Shown here in pieces: positions 27,469-36,200 of a stretch of 64,000 nucleotides of DNA. The stretch comes from Candidatus Latescibacterota bacterium (GTDB taxonomy: Bacteria > Latescibacterota > UBA2968 > GCA-2709665): assembly GCA_965203805.1 (NCBI GenBank), contig OZ241917.1, forward strand, positions 2,805,718-2,869,717. The letters are read 5' to 3'. Position 1 is the first letter of the stretch. Each line of letters begins with the position of its first letter. The position numbers and the translations under genes are program-made. The notes beneath the pieces are model-generated. The model did not search any database. It worked only from the letters and a program-made list of their open reading frames with translations, and was not told where the DNA came from.

Positions 27469-28497
27469 TCAATTTTTCTGAGTCTGAATGCGTGTCATAA
27501 AAAACGTGATTACAAAGGCGACAACACCAACAAAGACACACGACCAGAACAAGGCACTTTCATAAGTGGTCTGCCAACCCAGCAGATAATCCAAATATCC
27601 ACTGAGATAAAAGATGATCGTCAACGCACTCCCCACAACTGTAATCACAGCCGAACGCGCAAAAGCATGCGCGGGATGTCGCTCCCGATTTTTTATTTGG
27701 ACCGTAAAAATCACATATGTGGAGAATAAGTAAATTCCGATAATGATGATCGCCAGCAAAGCCCACATTAGAGAACCAGAAAAAATAGACGGTCTGGATG
27801 CCGACATATAAGCAGGAGGCTCCATACCTGGAACAACCTTGTCCTCATAATCCGATTTGCCCAATAAGGGTCTGGCTTCATCTATTGCCACAGCGTAATT
27901 GAGATTCTGGGCACGTCTGGCGGTGTCCTGTTTGGTAAATGTTACAATGCCTACTACCTCTCCTTGTTCATTGAACAACGGCCCTCCGCTATTACCCGGT
28001 GAGACGGGTGCCGTGGTCTGGACAACCTTGTATCCATCCTGATTTCGTATCTGCGAAATGATGCCATCGGTGACAGAAAACTCCTCGCCTAAGGGATTTC
28101 CGATCACGACCACAGGGTCGCCGGGTTTTACTCCTGCCACTGTCCCAAGACGCGCCTGGTGAAGGGTCTGTCCACCCAGATCGGCCTTCACAAGCGCGAG
28201 ATCTTTGTGCTCATCTTTTGCCACAATTGCCACGATAGGCATCCATTCGGCTCCCTGTACGCGCACCCATCCTTCTCGAATACCCTTGATCACATGCCAG
28301 TTGGTCAGAAAATAGCCTTTTGCACCATCAATAGATACTCCCGACCCCTGACTCTTTGCGCCATCTGTTTCAATTACCACGAAGGCGACAGCAGGACCTT
28401 CTTCCTCAGCAATCCGCGAAGCAGTGTTATTGCTCGTCCCCCCACAACCCCACAGGACCAATAAAAAACCTATACGCGCAAGATGTGATGTCATCAC
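27469..28497 (-). CDS. trypsin-like (S1C/Trypsin_2) serine protease, predicted lipoprotein with a C-terminal 3-TM anchor
   Basis: Lipobox-like LLVLWGC. Catalytic triad contexts are TNWHV (His), KDLALV (Asp) and GNSGGPLF (Ser). Three hydrophobic helices occupy the last 110 aa or so. Confidence 0.85.
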   Translation of the reverse strand: MMTSHLARIGFLLVLWGCGGTSNNTASRIAEEEGPAVAFVVIETDGAKSQGSGVSIDGAKGYFLTNWHVIKGIREGWVRVQGAEWMPIVAIVAKDEHKDLALVKADLGGQTLHQARLGTVAGVKPGDPVVVIGNPLGEEFSVTDGIISQIRNQDGYKVVQTTAPVSPGNSGGPLFNEQGEVVGIVTFTKQDTARRAQNLNYAVAIDEARPLLGKSDYEDKVVPGMEPPAYMSASRPSIFSGSLMWALLAIIIIGIYLFSTYVIFTVQIKNRERHPAHAFARSAVITVVGSALTIIFYLSGYLDYLLGWQTTYESALFWSCVFVGVVAFVITFFMTRIQTQKN

Positions 28498-28509
28498 ATA
28501 CTCTCCTAT

Positions 28510-30204
28510 TCAAAATCGTGCAGCCAAACGTTCAACCTTCATCGACATATCGCCCTTCTTTAATATCAGAGCTTTATAAGGCTCTAACAAAAGCTTGATA
28601 TTTCTTGGCTGTTCTTCTACCTCCGACTCCAAGTCTTTCGACATATCATTACCCAAAGTATCTTCCACTATGACGTCCTCATCTGGACGGAAAGCGAACT
28701 GAAAAATAGCATCTCGCTTGATGTGTCCCAAACTGATTTCGTCGCCTGCGGCATTTGTTATTTTCAAATCAACCTGCTTGCTCGCGGGCCCCAATCGAAG
28801 CCGTTCCGTGTGTTCCTGAACTTGATTCAGGCTGTCTGTAACCCGATATTTCAACGGATAGTACATTATCCAAGCGATCATAGCAATCAAGATTATCAAG
28901 CCAACAAGGAGTGCGACCCAGGCGATCCAGGGACCTTTAAGGGGTGTGATTTGCAATTCGCCAGAAATCGTACCACCTATCGGCACGACAGTTGCAGGCT
29001 GTTGATGGAGGTACTGGATAATATCAGTAGGCGTATAGATGCGGTTCAACACACCCGGCTGGTCGGTGAAGTACCGCGCTTTGTAAGCCTCTGTCATGCG
29101 AAACGAATTAGGCGGAATTTCTATAGACACAGCGAAATAATAGTCCGCTGGCACAGGGCCAATACGGACGAGGCTCAAGTAGTCCCAGAAATTTCGATGG
29201 TCTGGATAAAAAGGGCCAAAGTGTACCAGGCAGGTATAGACAGAGGTATGTTGGGTCGCAGACATAAGTGTATCTACGAGTGCTGGGGGGCTTACCCGAC
29301 CGTAGTGATACGATCTACGGCCTAACAAAATGCGATCCTGCACCTTGCGGGCGTATACCTGCGGAGGTTGGACTTTAAACTCCGATCCTGCAGGTTCAAT
29401 GTTAATGTGGCTGAGTCGTGATTGTAGTGTAAAATTAAAACGCAGTCGGCTTTTTTCACTAATTTCCGCAACGATTGGTCTGATCAACCCGGGAGCTAAA
29501 ATAATGGTATCATCAATCGGCTTCATCACCATCGGCTCCATTCCCTCGTTCTGCAAAACTGTGACGAGATGCTCAAATTGGGAGCGGAATTGTGGCTGCG
29601 TAAGCAACAGATAAAGGACAAAACCTTTCATTCCCCGGTAGTAGAGCCGACGATCAGGACGGATCCGGATTTCGGAATTGGGGTTCATGCTTTGCAGTTC
29701 GCTATGTCCTTTATGTGGGACGGGATTAGACAGAAGCCCTTCAAACATCCGCTTAAGAGGGATAGCCCGCAAAACTTTGATCGTATCGCGGTTAAAACAA
29801 GCATAAAGTGCTCTGGCGTCGAGATCGCTGGCTGCCTGAACATTGTCCGTGAGCATCATCACAATCGGCGCCCTGTCATATCCCGTATTAAATGCCGCCT
29901 CAAGATTGGTATATCCACCCCAGGTCTTTGTCTTTTGGAAACTCTCGGCACCCTGCCAGGCTACTGTATCTGGCCGGCTTGAAACAAAAAAAACTGTCTC
30001 TGAGGGAATGTCCTTCTGGTCGCACGCCTTTTTCAGGATATTGACCAGAATATTGAGTTCTTTACTGTTGTCGAAACCAGTCATCGAACCAGAGCCGTCA
30101 ATCTGTATGCTCACTCTTTGGGCATATACCGACGATGCTTGTGCGAACAATATGCCCAATATGATAATAAAATAGGCCACTGCCTTAGGCCTCTCTATCC
30201 CCAT
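28510..30204 (-). CDS. secreted vWA-domain protein with a C-proximal TM helix and a cytoplasmic tail of about 105 aa
   Basis: Signal peptide ending VYA-Q. MIDAS DGSGSM, GGYTNLEAAF and IVMMLTDN. TM segment PWIAWVALLVGLIILIAMIAWIMYY (nt about 28855-28935). 20-nt overlap with the upstream gene. Confidence 0.8.
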   Translation of the reverse strand: MGIERPKAVAYFIIILGILFAQASSVYAQRVSIQIDGSGSMTGFDNSKELNILVNILKKACDQKDIPSETVFFVSSRPDTVAWQGAESFQKTKTWGGYTNLEAAFNTGYDRAPIVMMLTDNVQAASDLDARALYACFNRDTIKVLRAIPLKRMFEGLLSNPVPHKGHSELQSMNPNSEIRIRPDRRLYYRGMKGFVLYLLLTQPQFRSQFEHLVTVLQNEGMEPMVMKPIDDTIILAPGLIRPIVAEISEKSRLRFNFTLQSRLSHINIEPAGSEFKVQPPQVYARKVQDRILLGRRSYHYGRVSPPALVDTLMSATQHTSVYTCLVHFGPFYPDHRNFWDYLSLVRIGPVPADYYFAVSIEIPPNSFRMTEAYKARYFTDQPGVLNRIYTPTDIIQYLHQQPATVVPIGGTISGELQITPLKGPWIAWVALLVGLIILIAMIAWIMYYPLKYRVTDSLNQVQEHTERLRLGPASKQVDLKITNAAGDEISLGHIKRDAIFQFAFRPDEDVIVEDTLGNDMSKDLESEVEEQPRNIKLLLEPYKALILKKGDMSMKVERLAARF

Positions 30205-31432
30205 TGAGAGGATAACAGTACAGCATTGTGGAATTATCTTCTCTCATCAAGACATATACACTATGCCCAAAACCTGCTGGTGCGGTCACAGCAGTCAGAC
30301 CAGTGTTGAACGACCAGAAGCGCGGACGAGAAATGCCATTGTTGCGGTCAAAATGGAATAGTGACACGAGGGGCAACCCATTAGGATCTTCATTATCTTG
30401 AAAACCTATGAGAACATTGCCAAAAGAGCTACACATGTCCGTCTGACTCATGAAGGCTGGATACGCTCTATCAACACTACTATCCAGGGGATTCACTAAA
30501 TTTACGCCTTCAGATGTGACCACAACGAACCAATTCTGATCGTCAATGTCTATGGAGTGAAGGGCTGTCGCACGGAGATCAGGTATGGTATCTGTAATGG
30601 GTTCGAGATTATCCTGAGTAAAAGAAATTATCCTGACATCACCATTCTCTTGTCTGGACGCTAAGCGAAGCAGGCCAGTGCAGTTTGATCCTACGCAATG
30701 GCTCTTGCCCCCTTCTTCAAATCCTTCATAAGGCTCCGAGACACCATCATCTGTCAACAAGGCCATGTTATACTCACCTACGAGCGCCACCATAAAATCT
30801 CCGCCTTGCAGTGGAACCAGCGTTTCAATATCAAATGGCGTGTCTATTTCTCGAGGTTTGTAAGCAGTTTCCTCTCCTTCTACCCAAAAATTATTGATGG
30901 ATGGTGTATCTCCTATTCTTATTCGACGATTTGCTTCGTCAAGTACGAGCAACCGATTTTTGAACAACCAAAATTTCTGTACATTCTCGGCACATGGCCA
31001 CCAATTCGTGCTCATAGCCATATAGTCGCTGCAGAGCGCAGACACCGGAAAAACATGGAGATTACCGTGAGTGTTCAGGACATATATCCAACACTGGTCA
31101 AAGCGAACTTCGGCGATTCCCTCGGTGATGTGTGAGAGAAAAAAAGGGGTGCTTTCGTGGAGAGGGTTGGGAAAAACGACCATATTTCCCGTAGCTTTCT
31201 CAACAACCAATGCAACGCCGAATATGTTCAAGAGCAAATCAGGTTTTCCTCTAAGCGGAACTATGTGTTCCTCGGGCGGGCGACTTTCCGTGGGCGCTAC
31301 GGGTGCTGCAACTAGAGTCGCTTTATCCGGGAGACTGCCACATTGAGAGCAGAAATTGGCGAGTGGCGGGTTGGTTTCTGCACCACAGGCGTTACATTTC
31401 CACGTGTTTGTCGTCCAATTCCATTTGACCAT
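30185..31432 (-). CDS. N-terminal Zn-ribbon protein with a beta-rich (propeller-like) body; first gene of the island operon
   Basis: CNACGAETNPPLANFCSQCG at residues 13-32, no TM segment, and beta-strand-rich sequence throughout the remainder. Confidence 0.7.
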   Translation of the reverse strand: MVKWNWTTNTWKCNACGAETNPPLANFCSQCGSLPDKATLVAAPVAPTESRPPEEHIVPLRGKPDLLLNIFGVALVVEKATGNMVVFPNPLHESTPFFLSHITEGIAEVRFDQCWIYVLNTHGNLHVFPVSALCSDYMAMSTNWWPCAENVQKFWLFKNRLLVLDEANRRIRIGDTPSINNFWVEGEETAYKPREIDTPFDIETLVPLQGGDFMVALVGEYNMALLTDDGVSEPYEGFEEGGKSHCVGSNCTGLLRLASRQENGDVRIISFTQDNLEPITDTIPDLRATALHSIDIDDQNWFVVVTSEGVNLVNPLDSSVDRAYPAFMSQTDMCSSFGNVLIGFQDNEDPNGLPLVSLFHFDRNNGISRPRFWSFNTGLTAVTAPAGFGHSVYVLMREDNSTMLYCYPLNGDREA

Positions 31433-31557
31433 CGAGTCGGCCCTCGCCCCCAGGTAAGCGGGTTCTTGGAACTTACAGTAAGTCTTCTACGCAAGATGCG
31501 TTCATGTTTCTTCATGCTCCCAGCTAACGAAAAGCGTTGAAATCCCCCACCACGGTC

Positions 31558-31615
31558 GCCGACCCTTCGACCCTTCGGCAGGCTCAGGGCAACGCATGCT
31601 CAGGGAGCGGCTCTG
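31558..31615 (-). repeat. REP-like intergenic element (inverted copy of the 14401/54986 family) at the island's right edge
   Basis: The reverse complement reads GAGCCGCTCCCTGAGC..N..CCGAAGGGTCGAAGGGTCG. It shares the GCCGCTCCCTGAGC and CGAAGGGT(C/T) blocks with the other two copies. Confidence 0.7.
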
Positions 31616-31732
31616 AATGCAGGCTCAATGAGATTCGTCTCCTGTATTCCTTAATTTGCGCGATCTATGGTGAATCGATTCACTGCCATTACTCGTTTTG
31701 CCGCGCTTTTTGGTTTTCATCCTGTCGATCTT

Positions 31733-31803
31733 GCCTGCCTGTGCCGCCTGCCTGTGCGTGCTGTCGCCCGCACGCAGACAGGTGCCCGGCACGGCAGACA
31801 GGC
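31733..31803. terminator. long GC-rich imperfect hairpin between the ADH gene end and the island operon start (possible insulator/terminator; no U-tract)
   Basis: Arms GCCTGCCTGTGCCGCCTGCCTGTGCGTGC / GCACGCAGACAGGTGCCCGGCACGGCAGACAGGC flank the loop TGTCGCCC. Confidence 0.3.
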
Positions 31804-31842
31804 CATCCATGTAAGTTTCATTTTCCGAATTCAAAACGCCAT

Positions 31843-32934
31843 TCAAGGCTCAACCGTTACTTTGATGGACCGCTCACCGGCCGCGACGAGGTCGAAGCCA
31901 TCCTGGAATCTCTCGAGCGGCAGGCGATGGGTCACGATGCGGTCCATCGGCAGGAGGCCCTTCCGGATCATATCGATCGCGATGGGATAACATCCGGGCC
32001 CCAGGTGGGCGCCGTGGATGTTGAGTTCCTTGGTGTCGCCGATGATCGTCCAGTCCGTCGTTACGGGCTCCCGCATCACGCTGAATTCGACGAAAGTGCC
32101 GAGTTTGCAGATCATGTGCAGGCCCTGTTCCACGGCGGCCGGGTGCCCGGTCGCTTCGATGTAGACGTCGCATCCGTATCCATCGGTGACGTGGCGCACT
32201 TCGCGGACGACGTCTGTTTTTCCCGGATTGAAGACCAGGTCCGCGCCGCAGGCTCTCGCCACGTCCAGGCGGTCGTCGTTAAGGTCCAGGGCGACGAGCA
32301 GCCGGGGGTTCTTGAGGCGGGCGGCGGCGACCATTCCCAGCCCCAGTGGTCCCGCGCCGGCGATGACCACGGTGTGGTCCAGTTCGACTTCGCCGCGTTG
32401 GACCGCGTGAACGGCGCAAGCCAGGGGCTCGATGTACACCGCGTGGTGGGCCGGAATCCCCGTGGGGACTCTATAATTGAGCGCGTCGGCGGGGAAACGC
32501 ATGAATTCGGCCATCGCGCCGAAGGTGTTCTGCCGGAAGCCGTAAATGTCGTGACGCATGCACATCCAGTACTGGCCGCGCCGGCAATAGCGGCACGCGT
32601 GGCACGGGACGATCTGTTCGGAAATCGCCGTGTCGCCAATGGCCAGTCCGTATTTCTCTCCGGCGCCCGGACCGAGCATAACCACCTCGCCGATGAATTC
32701 ATGGCCCGGGACGACGGGGGCCTGGCAGTACCCCTTCCGGTGTTCGTCTCCCCAGAAGAGCGGTGCGCCGAGATAGCATTTGAGATCGCTGGCGCAGATC
32801 CCCGCGGACCTGACGCGGACAACGACCTCCTCCGGTCCCGGAAGCGGCACGGGGCGTTCTTCCAGCCGGTAGTCTTCGGGTCCATGGCAGACAACCGCAG
32901 GCATGGTATCCGGAAGTCCGGTTTGCGTCGTCAA
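31843..32934 (-). CDS. zinc-dependent medium-chain dehydrogenase/reductase (polyol/threonine dehydrogenase-like)
   Basis: GICASDL, PGHEFIGEV, the structural-Zn cluster CHACRYCRRGQYWMC, and the Rossmann motif VVIAGAGPLGLG. Confidence 0.85.
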   Translation of the reverse strand: MTTQTGLPDTMPAVVCHGPEDYRLEERPVPLPGPEEVVVRVRSAGICASDLKCYLGAPLFWGDEHRKGYCQAPVVPGHEFIGEVVMLGPGAGEKYGLAIGDTAISEQIVPCHACRYCRRGQYWMCMRHDIYGFRQNTFGAMAEFMRFPADALNYRVPTGIPAHHAVYIEPLACAVHAVQRGEVELDHTVVIAGAGPLGLGMVAAARLKNPRLLVALDLNDDRLDVARACGADLVFNPGKTDVVREVRHVTDGYGCDVYIEATGHPAAVEQGLHMICKLGTFVEFSVMREPVTTDWTIIGDTKELNIHGAHLGPGCYPIAIDMIRKGLLPMDRIVTHRLPLERFQDGFDLVAAGERSIKVTVEP

Positions 32935-33230
32935 CGGCGAACTCCTCCGAAGCCCGGCCAGGCTTTGAATTTCCTGCCTGCGGAGAACACGGACCCGTCC
33001 CCGACGGGCAGACGTCCGCGGGTTTCTTTACAATACCAGACAGTCGAATCCGTGCTTCGACAACAATCGTGCGTCTGCCGGAGACACCAAGATAGGACGA
33101 AACAACACAGATGGCAACCGAATCGAATGGATTGGTCGCCAGGGTTTTTCCTTGTGTCCGCCTTATCCGCTTATTTACATTGTGGAGCAAATTTCCGTGC
33201 GCTTGAAGACCTGATTCAGAGGAGAGATTG

Positions 33231-36200
33231 ATGGACCGTCGTGATGCGATGTGGCTGCTGGTATTCGTGGTTCTGGGCGTGGGCGGGCTGGCGGTTTTTC
33301 TGAATTTCTATAACGAAGCGATTCCGTCCGCGTCGCTGGACTTCAAATTGAGCCGCGACGAAGTACACCAGAAGGCACAGGGTTATCTGGAGAGTCTGGG
33401 ATACGATCTTGCCGACTACGAGAGCGCCCAGATATTTTCAAGCAGCCAGATGCAGCAGATCTTCCTGGAACAAACGCTCGGCCTGGAGGAGACCAACCGG
33501 CTGGCGCGGGAATGGCTGTCGGTCTGGTCCTGGAGCGTGCGGTGGTTCAGGCCGCTGCAGAAGGAGGAACTTCGGGTGGGGCTTGATCCGGGCGGGCGGA
33601 TCGTCGGATTCTCGCACCGAATCCTGGAATCGGATGAAGGCGCCGGCATTGCGCAGGACGACGCCCTGGCAATAGCATCCGATTTCCTGCGGAATACGCA
33701 GGGGTACGACTTGGGCGCCTACGAACTGATCGACCGTTCCAGCACGGAACGCAAGGCCCGGGTGGATCACCGGTTCGCCTTCCGGAAAAAGGACTTCACC
33801 GTAGGAGACGACGGACACTACCGGCTGGACGTCGTGGTTCACGGCGACCGTGTCGGTCGGTTCAGCGAGTACCTGAAAGTGCCGGATAGTTTCTCCCGGA
33901 GTTACCGCGAGGTGCGTTCAAGGGCGAATCTGTTGACTCAGGTTTTTTTGCCGTTCTGGCTCGCGCTCGGCGTCGCCATGCTGGTGATTCTGGTCAAGAA
34001 CTATCGCCGAAAGCGGTTGCGCTGGCAAGCCGGCCTGGTCGTGGGAACACTCGTCGCCATCGCCTGGCTTGCGGCAAACGTCAATGCCCTGCCTCTCGCG
34101 CTGTATAATTTCGATACAACGGTCACCTACGGCGCCTTTCTGGTGACACTGCTCTTCAGTGCCGTCCTGATCGCGGCGGTTTACGGCGGGATCGTCTGTC
34201 TGGCCGGGACCGCGGGCGGCGTTCTCGAAAGAGACGTGTTGTCTGTGGGACGCGTGAGCCCGCTGGGGCGCCTGTCGCTTAGGGGGATATTTTCGGCAGG
34301 ATTTCTGCGATCCACGGTTGTGGGTTACGGCGCCGCCGGGGCCGTGCTGGGTTACGTCGCTGTGTTTTACCTGCTTGGCGGGCGGTATTTCGACGTCTGG
34401 GTGCCAGCGGACGTCAGTGAGTACAACAATGCATTCAGCACGGCTATTCCCTGGATTTACCCGTTGCTGGTGGGATTGTCAGCCGCAGCGGTCGAGGAGT
34501 TTTTCTTCCGTCTGCTGGCGATTCCGCTGCTGATCAGATGGTTGAAACGGCCCTGGCTGGCGGTGTTGCTGCCGGCGGTGGTGTGGGCGTTTCTGCATTC
34601 CAATTATCCGCACGAGCCCATCTACGTACGCGGAATCGAGATTACCGTCATCGGGATCGTCTTTGGAATGCTGTTCTTGCGTTTCGGGATCTGGGCGCCC
34701 ATTATCGCCCACTACGCGATCAATGCGTTCATCGTGGCATTGCCCATGGTGAAATCTTCGAGTCTGTACTTCCAGGTATCAGGGGTGCTCGTCATCGGGA
34801 TTCTGCTGGTTCCGGCCATCCCTGCTGCGTTCGCTGTCCTGACAGGGAGCTCACGAACCGAGGAAGTTGAAGACGTAGCAGATGAGGAGGCGCCTGATGA
34901 ACCGGTCGAATTCGAGGAACCGGCGCCCGAGCCCGAACGGGCGTCCGTGACTCAAAGAGACCCCGAAGCGTATTTGCCGGATCGCCAGAGGTGGATTGTC
35001 ACCGGGGTGTGTATCGTCGCAGGGATCGCGTTGATGATCGGTTTCCACGTGGACCGGTTCGGTTCTCGTACATTAAAGCTCGAAGTGACCCGGAGCCAGG
35101 CGACAGGGGTCGCGGAGGCGTTCTGTACGGAGCTTGGCCTGGATGTCTCGGAATACCGCAGGTCGGTGCAGTTTCGCAGCGGGGTCGGGGCCTCGCATAA
35201 TACACATCTGATCCGAAACGCGGGGGTCGCGCGGGCGGACACCCTGATGGCAGAGAACACAACACCATGGTATTGGCACGTTCGCTGGTTCAAGCCGATG
35301 GAGAAAGAGGAGATCCAGGTCCGCGTGGACGCATCGGGGCGCGTTGCAGGAATAAACCATATCATTCCGGAGACACGGGCGGGGCCGGAATTGGAGACCG
35401 AAGCTGCGCGAGCGAAGGCGGAGGCGTTTGTTGTGGAGAAGTTCGAGCGGCCCGTGACGGATTCAACGCAATACAAGCTGCTGGAGGCCCGTTCTGAGAA
35501 GGAAAAGGAACGGATGGACCACCATTTCGTCTGGGAGCGGATCGACCGGAAAATCGAGGACGGCGAGTTCCGCGTCAATGCGCGGGTCCAGGGCGACGAG
35601 GTGGGATTCTTCAGTACCCGATACAAGGCGCCGGAGGCATTCCTTCGATCTCTCCGGGAACGCGGCGCCGGACGGGCGTTGGCTTCAATTGTGCCCGTCC
35701 TGCTGGTACTGGCGACGCTCATATTGGCAGGTGTTTATTTCTTCCGGTACTACCGCGCAAGTGAGATTCGCTGGAAGCTGCCGATAGGCATCGGCATTGC
35801 GGTTGTGTTTTTGACCCTGTTGAACTGGATCAATTCCCTGCCGACCTTCTTCCACGGTTACGACACGAGCCAGGCGATGATGACCTATCTGGGTATCCAG
35901 GGCGTCGGCCTGCTGATCGGGACACCGATGATGGGGCTCGCGACAGCGGCCCTGTTTGCGTTGATGACGGCGATGATGGGGTCGCTCTACCCGGAGGAGA
36001 TGGGAGCCGGCAGGTGGCTGGGGCTCCTGCGGATGCGGGATGGCAGTGTGCGCTTCTGGTCGGGCACGCTGGTTCTGGCGGCGGCGTTTCTGCTACTCTG
36101 GAAGGGTACGGAGAGTATCGCAATGTACGTGAAATATAACGGCTTGACGGAGTATCTGGAGGCGGGCGGATTCAACCTGCCGCGAATCAATACCTATCTT

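Larger units (their letters stand above)
16790..31540. other. low-GC genomic island (boundaries approximate), no recognisable integrase, tRNA or att repeats
   Basis: Spot-counted 60-nt lines give 45 % (21001), 38 % (24421) and 47 % (16921) G+C, against 65 % at 12001. All ten island genes are on the minus strand. The composition changes abruptly at both ends. Confidence 0.8.

Noticed and set aside
31433-31540. Promoter for the island operon
   Set aside because: Candidate boxes on the minus strand (TTGCGT ... TAAGTT) have wrong spacing (13 nt), so I could not define a credible -35/-10 pair by eye.
31537-33231. 564-aa + strand ORF
   Set aside because: It is antisense to the well-supported Zn-dependent dehydrogenase (31843-32934, minus strand), and its 5' part runs through a REP-like element and a hairpin. 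It has no recognisable motifs.
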